Virus record (IMG/VR): IMGVR_UViG_3300021335_000004
DNA from: a virus
Reading direction: 5' to 3' (one strand)
DNA: 64,000 bases
Below the pieces are notes generated by a model, which did not search any database, was not told where the DNA came from, and saw only the letters and a list, made by a program, of their open reading frames with translations. The translations under genes were made by a program, and so were the position numbers. The first letter of the stretch is position 1. Each line of letters starts with the position of its first letter. Shown piece after piece: positions 17,381 to 27,448 of this stretch.

Positions 17381-18046
17381 TTACCTTCCTAACCACTCAT
17401 ATTTGCCAGTATCACTAGTCATATTTTCATCCATCCACATAGAAACATCAGGAACACTACTCATATCTACATTACACCAAGGATCTGTAATAACAAGAGC
17501 AGCCCCCTCCCTAAACATTACATTACCGTGATGCATATCTAGTTTATTTGCGTCCATTGGTTCATCCCAATTACATTCAATATCTTCCGCATCTTCTTCT
17601 GTAAACGCATCTGTTAATCTAATAATGTTATCCAGTACCTCAAGCATTGCAGTAGGGTTTGGAAGTTGCTCAGGATACTTGTTTTTGGCAATTTTTAAGA
17701 ATTTTTTCTTTCTCAAATCTCCATAGAGATATTCTTTTATCGCATCATAAGAACCATTACGGTGACAATAATTAGGACATGATTCTTCTAAACGTTCCAT
17801 TACACAAACATAATACTCATTACTATGATCAATGTGAAAAGATTTCACTTTAGGAACACAAGGATTATCTTGCATTTTAGAGATTATCATATCATAGTAG
17901 TAGATCCAAGGATCTGCCATATTAGTACCAATTTTGATAACAGTATCGTCTCTTGCGTGTGATTCAAGAGCCGCAGCATAACACCCAGCTCCTATTATAG
18001 CATTACCAGCTTTTGCAGTATTTTTAATCAGCCTATAAGCAGTCAT
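17381..18046 (-). CDS. Ser/Thr protein kinase, T7 gp0.7 kinase-domain-like
   Basis: IGAGCYA Gly loop, VIKI, MERL, DMHHGNVM catalytic loop, ITDP. Confidence 0.8.
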   Translation of the reverse strand: MTAYRLIKNTAKAGNAIIGAGCYAAALESHARDDTVIKIGTNMADPWIYYYDMIISKMQDNPCVPKVKSFHIDHSNEYYVCVMERLEESCPNYCHRNGSYDAIKEYLYGDLRKKKFLKIAKNKYPEQLPNPTAMLEVLDNIIRLTDAFTEEDAEDIECNWDEPMDANKLDMHHGNVMFREGAALVITDPWCNVDMSSVPDVSMWMDENMTSDTGKYEWLGR

Positions 18047-18100
18047 TAGTCATCCCTCATTGTTATAAAGTATCATAACAAAGAAATAACTATTATGCAA

Positions 18101-18373
18101 CTATGTTTTTTCTATTTCAAGACCTTTTTGTATAGCTTTACTTATAAAATCACCTGTATATTGATGAAAAGCCTTTACATCTTCTATAGGATTAGTACTA
18201 TCATTTATTTCTAAATCAAAGTTTAATAGACCACTACCATCCTCTTGGTCTTCTATAATTACCTCACCTACTAATCGCCAAACTACTCCATTAAACCTCT
18301 CATCATCTTTAACACATAACCAAGGAAAGTCTGTATTCAATTTCATTTTGTTCTCCTTCCATCGAATACACAA
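18101..18373 (-). CDS. hypothetical protein
   Basis: ORF in operon. Confidence 0.55.
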   Translation of the reverse strand: MCIRWKENKMKLNTDFPWLCVKDDERFNGVVWRLVGEVIIEDQEDGSGLLNFDLEINDSTNPIEDVKAFHQYTGDFISKAIQKGLEIEKT

Positions 18374-18669
18374 ACAAAATAAACTTCTTCATTACCTGCA
18401 TGTACACGGTGAAACGCTCCGTCTTCGATTAATACAGTATCTCCAGCATTTACATTGAAAGTAGTGTCATCTAAATCCATAGTACCACTACCTTCTATAA
18501 ATATATAAACCTCTTCTTGTCCTTTATGTTTATGTCCACTAGTGCTTTTACGAGGATTTAATCTTGTACTGCTAAGAACAAGGTTATTCAATAAAGTATT
18601 ATCTTTAACAATATAGCGTTCATCGTGTTTAACAACTACGCCCTCTATGCTTTCAGTTCTAAATTTCAT
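18343..18669 (-). CDS. cupin-domain protein
   Basis: HKH…EEVYIFIEG…GD…FHRV. Confidence 0.85.
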   Translation of the reverse strand: MKFRTESIEGVVVKHDERYIVKDNTLLNNLVLSSTRLNPRKSTSGHKHKGQEEVYIFIEGSGTMDLDDTTFNVNAGDTVLIEDGAFHRVHAGNEEVYFVCVFDGRRTK

Positions 18670-18930
18670 TTATTTACTCCGTTTATTATAATGGAACCAT
18701 TGCTCGTAAGGCGTGGGTTTAGCCCCATAGTAACGCTTGTCTAATTTTTCTTTAACGTAAGGAGGACAAATATTTCCATACGGAATAGTAATATAAGTTG
18801 GATACCAACTCTTATAGTAGTTAATGTTTTTGTCCATTCTGTACTCACACACGGTCTGTAAACCTTTTGAGTAAGATTGTATAGCTGATACATTACTGAG
18901 ATATACAGTAACTAAGACATATTCTATCAT
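18670..18930 (-). CDS. hypothetical protein
   Basis: ORF in operon. Confidence 0.55.
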   Translation of the reverse strand: MIEYVLVTVYLSNVSAIQSYSKGLQTVCEYRMDKNINYYKSWYPTYITIPYGNICPPYVKEKLDKRYYGAKPTPYEQWFHYNKRSK

Positions 18931-19218
18931 TTATAATTTCCATCTATGTCGTAATGTTTAGCATTATACATGAAGCACTGTAACGCTGTCAGGATTCCAT
19001 ATTGCTTGCGCAGTTTTTGGAACCAAGCATTATAGTGTTTGATATTCATAACACGTTACCGTAACGTTTTTAGTGTAAAAGTAAAGCTGTTCTAATTTTT
19101 CTTTATGGTACTCACATTTTTCTAGGTCTGAGTACACCATCATATCGTAAGAGTAGATACTAGCTCCAACTTGAATAATAATTGCGAATAACAATACATA
19201 TATCTTTCTTTAATCTAA

Positions 19219-19455
19219 CTAAGTTTCGTTATGCTTTCTCCAAGCATTATGTAGTATATAAAACCAAACTCCGTTTATACAAGGCTCTATAATAGCATCT
19301 GCTCCTGCAAGAGCCCAATCTGCTCCTGTAATAATACGATTGCAAGTCATTGCAATTGCTATATGTCCTACAGTATACACAACAGCTAGCATTACACTAT
19401 TACCACCTAGTATCTTTGCTAACAATTTGAATATACCGTATCTAAACTCGCTCAT
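19219..19455 (-). CDS. DUF2061-like small membrane protein
   Basis: YTVGH…IIEP.INGVWFY.LH. Confidence 0.65.
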   Translation of the reverse strand: MSEFRYGIFKLLAKILGGNSVMLAVVYTVGHIAIAMTCNRIITGADWALAGADAIIEPCINGVWFYILHNAWRKHNET

Positions 19456-19646
19456 TAGTCATTAATTTTCATACTAGAGAACTCATTTACTAAAGAAGTT
19501 ACTTCTTCAATAGTAGATACACAAATACGAGCATTTTTATAGTCATCGCTTGAATCACGACCACTAACGTCTACCATATAACCATTATCGTAACGATAAA
19601 TAGTAATACTATCATTTACTTCCTTAAGTTTATCACTGATCTTCAT
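19455..19646 (-). CDS. hypothetical phage protein
   Basis: YDNGYMVDVSGRD motif. Confidence 0.65.
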   Translation of the reverse strand: MKISDKLKEVNDSITIYRYDNGYMVDVSGRDSSDDYKNARICVSTIEEVTSLVNEFSSMKIND

Positions 19647-19962
19647 TTTTATCTCCCTTATCTGATTTTTTGTACATAGAAACTACATTACTAGTCTTAG
19701 ATATAGTCTTGTCTATATCTTTGAATAATTTATCTAATCCTTTTTCTGTAAGAAGATCATCCGGTTCAGGAGTAAAATCTATCTCGATACCTTCTTCAAT
19801 AGTTATATAATCATCCATGTTGATGTAAAACCCAGAAGATCTTAAAAAATTTTCAAAAGCATGTAATACTTCTTCTAAAGAAGAATCTTCTTCTAAATGT
19901 ATTTTAATATCATAGCATAAATGGTCTCCAGAGGCTTTAAAAGTAAATCCTTTTTTAGACAT
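19633..19962 (-). CDS. hypothetical phage protein
   Basis: LEEVLHAFENFLRSSGF motif. Confidence 0.65.
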   Translation of the reverse strand: MSKKGFTFKASGDHLCYDIKIHLEEDSSLEEVLHAFENFLRSSGFYINMDDYITIEEGIEIDFTPEPDDLLTEKGLDKLFKDIDKTISKTSNVVSMYKKSDKGDKNEDQ

Positions 19963-19985
19963 TTTTATCTCCTATTTATTGTAAA

Positions 19986-20501
19986 TTATTCGTGTTCTCC
20001 GCCAGGATCGTTTGGATCAAGCATAACTTTTTTACCATTGATCCACATATGCCCGCGTGTGCGACTTACAGAATGATAACCATCCGAGCGCAAGTTAAAA
20101 AGTGATGGATTGTTTTTTGCTACAGCAAACGTTCCTACTGTAATTGCAACGGCTGCCAATACGATAACATGGGCAATGGCAGTAATTCCAAACATCCACA
20201 TACTACCAAAGTAGCTACTAAATACAATACACCACATCCAAGCTAATACTTGCATAACCATGTGTCTAGTATTCAAATCTGGAATATACCTCAAAGGATT
20301 TTTATTGTGATCCATCACAACGTTCCAACTATTTACTACAAATGTCCTCACTGGATAAACTCCTTTTTCAAATGTTACTTTTAGTGGATAGTGAGCATCT
20401 GCTATATCTTTAAACTCTATAGCATCATACTGGTCGATAAAATACTTTATCACTATTTGATTTTTAAAATAAGCGGCTACTTTATACATATTTTCTCTCA
20501 A
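19986..20501 (-). CDS. membrane protein
   Basis: Two hydrophobic helices; NPLR.IPD…HMVMQVLAWMWC; ends DPGGEHE. Confidence 0.65.
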   Translation of the reverse strand: MRENMYKVAAYFKNQIVIKYFIDQYDAIEFKDIADAHYPLKVTFEKGVYPVRTFVVNSWNVVMDHNKNPLRYIPDLNTRHMVMQVLAWMWCIVFSSYFGSMWMFGITAIAHVIVLAAVAITVGTFAVAKNNPSLFNLRSDGYHSVSRTRGHMWINGKKVMLDPNDPGGEHE

Positions 20502-20505
20502 TAAT

Positions 20506-20580
20506 TGGTATCCCGTAGGGGAATCGAACCCCTGTTGCCGCCGTGAAAGGGCGATGTCCTAACCGCTAGACGAACGGGAC
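20506..20580 (-). tRNA. tRNA-Glu(TTC)
   Basis: Cloverleaf, anticodon loop CTTTCAC, CCA encoded. Confidence 0.95.
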
Positions 20581-20832
20581 TTAGTGATAAGTAGTATCAT
20601 CATGTACACTTTCATCTTCAAACTCAAAAGGCTCAACTTGCATAGCATTATCAACTAAGTAGTTCATCATTTTTAGATATTCTTCATCATCATCATGTAT
20701 TGTTCTAAGTAATCTATGACTTATAGCTAACATAACACTCGAAATCAACTCAGCATCGTGTCTTAATAATAATAAGTGCATTGTATCAAATAACTTATCA
20801 AATATTACTCTATGTTCTTTTCTTTTTTTCAT
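20581..20832 (-). CDS. hypothetical protein
   Basis: ORF abutting the tRNA. Confidence 0.55.
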   Translation of the reverse strand: MKKRKEHRVIFDKLFDTMHLLLLRHDAELISSVMLAISHRLLRTIHDDDEEYLKMMNYLVDNAMQVEPFEFEDESVHDDTTYH

Positions 20833-20849
20833 AGCCTACTTAATTAAAA

Positions 20850-21071
20850 TTAGTTAGTAACGAAGACCCATACTACATTATGTTCATGAGAAGTTTGAGT
20901 AAAATTGCCTGCTTTAGTCCAATCAATCTGTGCAAGACTAGTATCATTAGTTCCAAAGTTTGCAATTTCTTGTGTAATTTGTGAACTATGAACAATATTA
21001 TCTGGTACATCATCTTTATTGAGATAATGAGCTCCTGCTGCTAATGCTGCTATAATTGCTAGTACTTCCAT
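20850..21071 (-). CDS. small exported/membrane-anchored protein
   Basis: Hydrophobic N-terminus. Confidence 0.55.
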   Translation of the reverse strand: MEVLAIIAALAAGAHYLNKDDVPDNIVHSSQITQEIANFGTNDTSLAQIDWTKAGNFTQTSHEHNVVWVFVTN

Positions 21072-21216
21072 AGCCTATATTCCTTTCAAAAATTTATACA
21101 TCTGTATGTAAAACATAAATGTTTTAGGATAATTATCGGGGTCAGGTAATCTATCACCATAATAATCTATCATATCAATTATTTGAGCATCTGTCAACAC
21201 GTAATTCCCTTTAAGT

Positions 21217-21292
21217 TGGTACTCGGTGAGGGATTCGAACCCCCGACAAACGCGTTATGAGCACGTGGTTCTAACCGCTGAACTAACCGAGT
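21217..21292 (-). tRNA. tRNA-Met/Ile2(CAT)
   Basis: Anticodon loop CTCATAA; lacks initiator features; CCA. Confidence 0.9.
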
Positions 21293-21297
21293 ATATT

Positions 21298-21373
21298 TGG
21301 CTGGGATAGCAGGACTCGAACCTGCGACAGGGTGATTAACAGTCACCTGCTCTACCAACTGAGCTATATCCCA
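21298..21373 (-). tRNA. tRNA-Asn(GTT), canonical
   Basis: U1-A72, G73, loop CTGTTAA, short variable loop. Confidence 0.95.
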
Positions 21374-21378
21374 ATACT

Positions 21379-21464
21379 TGGTGCCCCCAGCGAGAGTCGA
21401 ACTCGCACGCCGCAGTTGGCCACGGATTTTAAGTCCGTTATGTCTACCATTCCATCACAGGGGC
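21379..21464 (-). tRNA. tRNA-Leu(TAA)
   Basis: Loop CTTAAAA, long variable arm, A73. Confidence 0.95.
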
Positions 21465-21472
21465 TTTTATTT

Positions 21473-21549
21473 TGGAGGGCTACAAGAGAGTCGAACTCCT
21501 GACCTTCTGATTCGTAATCAGATGCTCTATCCAGCTGAGCTAGCAGCCC
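21473..21549 (-). tRNA. tRNA-Arg(ACG)
   Basis: Loop TTACGAA. Confidence 0.95.
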
Positions 21550-21555
21550 TTAATT

Positions 21556-21629
21556 TGGCAGAGGATGTAGGAGTCGAACCCACGCCCGCAGAGTTGGAAC
21601 CTGCTGTGCTACCGTAACACTTATCCCCT
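21556..21629 (-). tRNA. tRNA-Trp(CCA)
   Basis: Loop TTCCAAC, A1-U72, G73. Confidence 0.9.
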
Positions 21630-21800
21630 AATTATTAAATCTTTCTGATAATTCATTTGTGTCTAGCATATCTTCTACATCGTCTGTAGACATATATTTC
21701 AGAGCCATGATCAACATAACTTCTGCAGAAACTATGCCTTCTTCTACCATCTCTAAGGCTTTATCTTTAGCATTTGATGTCATTTTAGTGCCTCTTATAA

Positions 21801-21992
21801 CTAATTCTTTAAGTAGGTATGAAGTTCGTGCTGTATCTCATCCCAATGAGCTAAAGATACCCTAGACAAAGTACCAACAGTGCCTCCATATTTTTTTGTG
21901 AGTTCAAATATAAATTCGTATCTAGGTATATTGTAATGTTCGATAGCAAATTGCTCTGCTTCAATCACTGCATCTTTTAATTTACCCATCAT
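21801..21992 (-). CDS. hypothetical protein
   Basis: MGKLKD… start; coupled ORF. Confidence 0.55.
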   Translation of the reverse strand: MMGKLKDAVIEAEQFAIEHYNIPRYEFIFELTKKYGGTVGTLSRVSLAHWDEIQHELHTYLKN

Positions 21993-22180
21993 AAAGCTCC
22001 TTCTTTTATCAATCCTTTAATTCTTCTAAATTCTAACAAATCAAAAAGCAAAAAGCAAACTAAAAACCCTGGTACGGACACAGACACTCCCATGAAATAA
22101 GGTAAAAAATATACTATAACAAGTAATCTAGTCAAGTATGCGGGGATATATTTTTTAGGCAATACGTGAAGCGGCCACAT
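21989..22180 (-). CDS. small membrane protein
   Basis: Two hydrophobic segments. Confidence 0.55.
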   Translation of the reverse strand: MWPLHVLPKKYIPAYLTRLLVIVYFLPYFMGVSVSVPGFLVCFLLFDLLEFRRIKGLIKEGAL

Positions 22181-22434
22181 TAATTTTTACTACTTTTTTT
22201 AGTGTATTTAAGGGCTTGATATAGTTCTCCTATATATACAAAAGGAAAAATTACCATAAATATAGGAAAAAGCAGTAAAGGAAAGATTATTTTTTGCATT
22301 AAGCTAAAAGATTGCTCTGTAGTTTCTTTACTACCTTTGCTGCCGTTGCCAGATAATTCTCCAGCCGCATTACTCGCTCTCATCCAATAAATACCACTAT
22401 TATGGTTTTTTGGTTTTAATCCTGCTTGTCTCAT
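22180..22434 (-). CDS. small membrane protein
   Basis: One hydrophobic segment; AAGGAG RBS. Confidence 0.55.
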   Translation of the reverse strand: MRQAGLKPKNHNSGIYWMRASNAAGELSGNGSKGSKETTEQSFSLMQKIIFPLLLFPIFMVIFPFVYIGELYQALKYTKKSSKN

Positions 22435-22719
22435 TCAAAAACTCCTTCATCAACTAAGTAATTATCTAAATTATATTGAAGTTTATTATAAACTCTAACC
22501 CAATATTTTTCTGCCCAAGAATCAGGAGCACAGTTATCAATCACATTTTGAACGTTTCTAAGTCTATTTATATATAACTGAACTACAAACTCATTTTTCA
22601 TAATTCTTCCTTTTTCACAAGTTATAACCTATACTATCAAATATTTAAGCTTTTGGCAAGTAAGATATAAAAAAAGAGAGCCCATAAGCTCTCTTTATCT
22701 TTAATATGTTAAGACTAAA

Positions 22720-23154
22720 TCATTTGATCTCAATTAGTTTTGGTTTCTTTTCTTCTGGAATAATGCGTTCAAGTTCTACGTAAAGCATACCGTTTGCCAT
22801 TTCTGCAGAATTTACAACAATATCGTCAGCAAGAGTAAACTTACGACGAAATTTACGCTGAGATATTCCTTTATGTAACCATTCCCATTTATCACTATTA
22901 ACATTAGCCTCCGCAGGGTTATGTTCAATAGTTAAAACTCCATCAGCAATTTCTAGTTTCAAATCTTCTTTACTAACACCAGCTAGTGCCATTTCAATTT
23001 GAAATTTATTACCGTCTTTAATAATATTATAGGGAGGAAATGCTGTAGAGGTGGTTTGGTGCTCCATGTAACGATTCATATCATGGAAGATTCTATCAAA
23101 ACCAACAGCAAAGGGTGTGAGTTTATTTAAGTCAAGTGTAGTTAAGCGTGTCAT
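22720..23154 (-). CDS. small heat-shock protein Hsp20 (IbpA-like)
   Basis: GFDR…FPPYNI…IEMALAG…HKGISQRKF.R.FTLAD…NGML…IPEEKKP. Confidence 0.95.
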   Translation of the reverse strand: MTRLTTLDLNKLTPFAVGFDRIFHDMNRYMEHQTTSTAFPPYNIIKDGNKFQIEMALAGVSKEDLKLEIADGVLTIEHNPAEANVNSDKWEWLHKGISQRKFRRKFTLADDIVVNSAEMANGMLYVELERIIPEEKKPKLIEIK

Positions 23155-23253
23155 CTTACATATCTCCTTATTAAGCAAGAATTTAACGTAAAGTTCCCTC
23201 TTAGGCAAACCTTACATTTATAATATATCAAAAAAACAACTAGAGAGCAATTA

Positions 23254-23844
23254 TTATTTCTTTTTAAGTAAGACTGAGGTAGTACTTCTTTTATTGTCTA
23301 TAGTAACTCCTGGAAACTGCATGATACTTTCAAAATGTTTTTCAACTAAAGGAATTAAATAATCGAAATAATGATCACGATTAGTATCATCATAAATTAT
23401 CATACCTCCTCTTTTAAGTTTTGGTATTGCTAAATCTAAACAACGATTCCTAACTCTACCATCTATCACTATAATATCGAAATAATTATCTTTAAACTTA
23501 TCTATAGAGTGTACAAAATCTTTAAAAGATTTACCACTCGCTGATGAGTGTTTAGCAATATATCCAGGATGCTTAGTTTCGTCTGGTTCTTTTAAAATTA
23601 AATTTATATTTATCTTGTCTTGTGCTCTTATTTGTAATTCTTCAAAAAAAGACTTAAAGTATTCTACACTCCATATAGTGTTACATCTCTCTGCAAACCA
23701 AAAAGTAGAAGCCCCAGAACCCCACTCAAAAATTACATGAGACTTGTTAATATAACTGTCTAAATAAGTAATGCTAGTATCAGTCATAGCAGGAACATTA
23801 GTATCTAATAATTTGTAATCAATTCTCTTTTGTATACTAACCAT
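23254..23844 (-). CDS. class I SAM-dependent methyltransferase
   Basis: FEWGSGAST, SVE, DIIVIDGR.R, GGMIIYDD. Confidence 0.85.
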   Translation of the reverse strand: MVSIQKRIDYKLLDTNVPAMTDTSITYLDSYINKSHVIFEWGSGASTFWFAERCNTIWSVEYFKSFFEELQIRAQDKININLILKEPDETKHPGYIAKHSSASGKSFKDFVHSIDKFKDNYFDIIVIDGRVRNRCLDLAIPKLKRGGMIIYDDTNRDHYFDYLIPLVEKHFESIMQFPGVTIDNKRSTTSVLLKKK

Positions 23845-24805
23845 TTTTTATATAATCCCTAAAATCAAATGATTTATCTATTTTATGTTGTCCATAAGCT
23901 TTACCTTTAATATTAGACCATACTAAAGAATCTGGAGCTTCATAAAGTTGATCACAATCTTTACAATAATCAATATCATCAAAACGTTTTTCTTTATGTG
24001 CTTGCCTTAAACTATTATACTCCTCAGAGTTCCAAATTTCAACAATACTTTGATCTTCTAAGTGACCCAATACAGCTTTTGAATCTTGTCCTAAAACATA
24101 ACAACAAGGAACTACTGCTGCATGTTTACCATCTACACCTCCTGCTCTTACATTCAAATAAGGTGCAAAAGGACGACCACAAGATCTTTTTTCTTTTTTA
24201 TCTCTTTCATAAGGAGTATCGTACTGACCGCCCCAATTATGCATCTGCCAAATTTCAGCGTCAATTCCTAAAGGTTCGATCCAATTTTGACGGTATTCAC
24301 TAATTTCGTAGTCAATTCTATCATTATCTAAAATTAAATGATAAGAAGAAATCGTAGTATAAGAAGCTTTTGCAATTTGCATAAATCTATGAACTTGTCT
24401 GTAAATAGTAGAAAAAGCATCTTTACTCATCCAATGAGTATACTGAGTAGGATTATAACCAATTACACTAACTCTAATATTTTTTAGACCAGCCTGAACT
24501 AGTTTTTCAGACATAGTTTCATCTAAATTAAACCCATTACTAACAATATTACAGTCTATACCTTTACTAAAAGCATAACTAATATACTCGTCTATATTAC
24601 GATTTAAAAGAGGCTCCCCACTTCCTTGAAGGTTTATTTCTTTACAACCTAATTCTGCTAATTGAGAAACAATATTGCGATAAGTATCTAAAGGTAATTT
24701 TTTAAGAAAGGACTTTTCTCTGCCGTCTGTTTGAGGACACATCGGACATGCGTAGTTACATCCACCATTAATTTCTACAGATGCGTGTTTTAAGGTGTTA
24801 TCCAT
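23837..24805 (-). CDS. radical SAM/SPASM(twitch) protein
   Basis: CNYACPMC, GSGEP, C…PCC…CKDC. Confidence 0.9.
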   Translation of the reverse strand: MDNTLKHASVEINGGCNYACPMCPQTDGREKSFLKKLPLDTYRNIVSQLAELGCKEINLQGSGEPLLNRNIDEYISYAFSKGIDCNIVSNGFNLDETMSEKLVQAGLKNIRVSVIGYNPTQYTHWMSKDAFSTIYRQVHRFMQIAKASYTTISSYHLILDNDRIDYEISEYRQNWIEPLGIDAEIWQMHNWGGQYDTPYERDKKEKRSCGRPFAPYLNVRAGGVDGKHAAVVPCCYVLGQDSKAVLGHLEDQSIVEIWNSEEYNSLRQAHKEKRFDDIDYCKDCDQLYEAPDSLVWSNIKGKAYGQHKIDKSFDFRDYIKNG

Positions 24806-25347
24806 AAATATTCAGTCCTATCTAAGGTTTCTAAGTATGCTTTATCTAGCCACGGTTTATGTACAGGAGCAGGTTGTGGTATATTTCTTACAGTATGTCT
24901 TTTATTAGTTTCATAGAAATCATAATTTATTAAAAATAGTTTTGATGCAGTGTATTTATGAAACCAATAAGCAGCAATAGTACCTGTTAAAGGTCTAGAT
25001 ATTTGCATTTCTTCTGTCATTGTTTCCCACTCTTCGACTGCCCAAAAATAGGTATGAATCCACTCAGTTGGAAAATTACGTCTCATATTTGCACCATTTC
25101 TATCCCCATTAGCACGTATAATAAAACGCTCTCCTCCTGATCCCTGCGAATCGTGTTGAAATTTAGGATCTTGTGACTGGTTGTTAAACCAAATATCACA
25201 GTCTCCCCAACGACGACTAGAGTTTAATCTAACTAAAACAGGAGCACCCTCAATGACAACTCCGTCTAAAGGAACTCCTGATGATACAATATAAATATCT
25301 CTATTATCAATAAAATCAATTATTTCTGAGAGCAATAATCTCTCCAT
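24790..25347 (-). CDS. putative glycosyltransferase-related protein (GT29/sialyltransferase-like motifs)
   Basis: VRLN, RPLTG, INYDF, H.P..DK; weak match. Confidence 0.45.
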   Translation of the reverse strand: MERLLLSEIIDFIDNRDIYIVSSGVPLDGVVIEGAPVLVRLNSSRRWGDCDIWFNNQSQDPKFQHDSQGSGGERFIIRANGDRNGANMRRNFPTEWIHTYFWAVEEWETMTEEMQISRPLTGTIAAYWFHKYTASKLFLINYDFYETNKRHTVRNIPQPAPVHKPWLDKAYLETLDRTEYLWITP

Positions 25348-25988
25348 TCATCGGCATAAGATTGGTTTTCATACCCTTCTAACCAAGGTCCTCCATCAGT
25401 AAAATGAACAGCACTTGGTTTAATATCTTTATCGTAGTATCCTAATAAGTAGTTCCACTCTATAGGCAAAGAACCAACTTCTCCGTCATAACACCAAGCA
25501 AATTGATGAAGATCGGCAGGGTCATAATTATTAACTAAATCAGGAGTAAGAAGACGACACGCCTCGTGTTCACAATTAAATAACATCAAGGATGACCAGT
25601 TCTTCTTTGGATAGAAATGATTTATTTGATTGTCCATTTTAGAAGAAGATTTAGGAGTATAAACATGTTGAACTACTTGAACTGCTTTAGTATCATCTTT
25701 AAGAGCAAATAAGTTAGAAATATCGTCTAACCATAAAAAGTCACAATCACAATAAACAGCCCAACCTTTGTACCCGCTTAGTGCAGGAACTAAAAAACGA
25801 GTAAGAGAGAAAGGAGTAGAAGCTCTATCGTCTTCTTCTCTCCAATAAATTTTTGAGTTTCTTAAATCGTTTTGATCGAGTTTATAGGCTTTAAAAAAAC
25901 TAGGATGAGCCGTATTTCTAAAAATAGAGTTAACACAGGTTTCATAAGCAACTGATTGTTTAGGGTCATAACCGATATAAATATTCAT
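25320..25988 (-). CDS. GT8-like glycosyltransferase
   Basis: IYIGYD…STPFSLTRFLVP…DCDFL…KNWSS…WN…HFTDGGPW. Confidence 0.85.
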   Translation of the reverse strand: MNIYIGYDPKQSVAYETCVNSIFRNTAHPSFFKAYKLDQNDLRNSKIYWREEDDRASTPFSLTRFLVPALSGYKGWAVYCDCDFLWLDDISNLFALKDDTKAVQVVQHVYTPKSSSKMDNQINHFYPKKNWSSLMLFNCEHEACRLLTPDLVNNYDPADLHQFAWCYDGEVGSLPIEWNYLLGYYDKDIKPSAVHFTDGGPWLEGYENQSYADEWRDYCSQK

Positions 25989-26076
25989 TTTATAACACTA
26001 CTTTTTTTAGGTTTAGACTTTTTTAGACGGGCTTTTAGCTTTCGTAAACCATAATCTTTATACCTAATAATTATCA

Positions 26077-26427
26077 TTAAAGTTGTTCCTTATTTTCAAA
26101 ATATTTTTGAACATCAAAGCTTATTCTATCTCCAAAAGCTATTATACAAGCTTCATCACTGTCTAAATGCATTTCTACAACAGTAAAAGTTCCTGTGTCT
26201 GTGTTTACAAATACGTATATAGGCCAAAGTTCTTTCTTTTGTTGGGAGGTACGTATTTCACCTATACCACCTAAAATAGCTTTTTCACCAGCTTCATCTA
26301 AAAACTTATAAAGAGAGGTTGGATCCCCGCACTGTACAGGTTTTTCTCTCCACTGTGTCTCTGCAAAAGCAGAAAAAGAAAAGAGAAAAGTAGTAAAAAC
26401 TATAATAGTTCTAAGTAAATTTTTCAT
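26077..26427 (-). CDS. exported hypothetical protein
   Basis: Signal peptide; KPVQC…ACI. Confidence 0.7.
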   Translation of the reverse strand: MKNLLRTIIVFTTFLFSFSAFAETQWREKPVQCGDPTSLYKFLDEAGEKAILGGIGEIRTSQQKKELWPIYVFVNTDTGTFTVVEMHLDSDEACIIAFGDRISFDVQKYFENKEQL

Positions 26428-26887
26428 AATCGTTCGGATCCCAATGTTTACGATCGTGTACTAGAATTTCAAAGCCTACCCCAGATAAATGAACTCTATC
26501 AACATCGGAATGATTAAAGCCCACCAATTCTCGCATATCCTGAATGATATGATAGTTAACAGGGATTTTATCGACATCCCAATCTCTCCAAGCAACAATA
26601 CAAGGTACTTTGGAAATATTTGATTTAAGTGCAGCTGCAAGTCTTTGTCCTCCGTGTGTACAAACATATTGACCGTTTTTATATATTACACATATTGGGT
26701 ATTTTAACCCATCTTTGTTTATGCTATCTATTAATTTATTTAATATAAGTGTCCAACCTTGATGTCTTGCACGATACCATCTTTCATCTCTAGAAAGTTG
26801 ATTGATAATTATATTTTTATCTAATTCAACATATGTTAACACAAATTTTTGTGTTTTATCTGCTGTACCGTTAAATTGAAAAGTCAT
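26411..26887 (-). CDS. ParB/Srx-like domain protein
   Basis: LIDSINKDGLKYPI…GGQRLAA…VP. Confidence 0.7.
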   Translation of the reverse strand: MTFQFNGTADKTQKFVLTYVELDKNIIINQLSRDERWYRARHQGWTLILNKLIDSINKDGLKYPICVIYKNGQYVCTHGGQRLAAALKSNISKVPCIVAWRDWDVDKIPVNYHIIQDMRELVGFNHSDVDRVHLSGVGFEILVHDRKHWDPNDYEKFT

Positions 26888-27233
26888 AGTTCAAAAAATA
26901 ATATTGACCGACTTTCTTAAAAGTAGTCTCACCCTTTATTTCAAATTTTGTTTTTATATCTTCTTCTGTTACTAAAGTTGAACATTGCTTTGAAGAAATA
27001 ACAATAGTTTTACCATAGATACCGTCCCAAGACCACTCCTCAATTCTAAAAGGTATAGAATCTTTTTTTCCATAAGCTTTTGCTAAAATGCGAGTATCAG
27101 GCTCTATAGGAACTTCATCAAATATTTTGTACAACTCTTCTTTACCCACTCTTTGTATTCTTCTTCCATATTTTCTAGCACAGAATCTATACCACTTGCT
27201 GTGACTTGCAAGTAATCTTTTTTGTATTTCCAT
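26871..27233 (-). CDS. hypothetical protein
   Basis: ORF in operon. Confidence 0.6.
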   Translation of the reverse strand: MEIQKRLLASHSKWYRFCARKYGRRIQRVGKEELYKIFDEVPIEPDTRILAKAYGKKDSIPFRIEEWSWDGIYGKTIVISSKQCSTLVTEEDIKTKFEIKGETTFKKVGQYYFLNYDFSI

Positions 27234-27448
27234 TAAGAAGAGCCTCTTTGTTTGTATCTAAGGAAAACATAAACACCTAATCCAATAATTATGATACCGT
27301 CTTCGCTAAAAAACATAGAAGCTATAAAAGCTGACATCATTGAAAGTATAAAAGTACCTGCTTCTCTAGCCGCTTCTTTCTCCGGTATCTCTAGCGGGCC
27401 GTCTTTCGAAAAGAACTTCCTCCCTATCATCTGTATCAAGTTTGCCAA
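27233..27448 (-). CDS. small membrane protein
   Basis: Two hydrophobic segments. Confidence 0.5.
   Translation of the reverse strand: MANLIQMIGRKFFSKDGPLEIPEKEAAREAGTFILSMMSAFIASMFFSEDGIIIIGLGVYVFLRYKQRGSS

Noticed and set aside
21378-21617. 79-aa plus-strand ORF
   Set aside because: It is the antisense shadow of the tRNA cluster.
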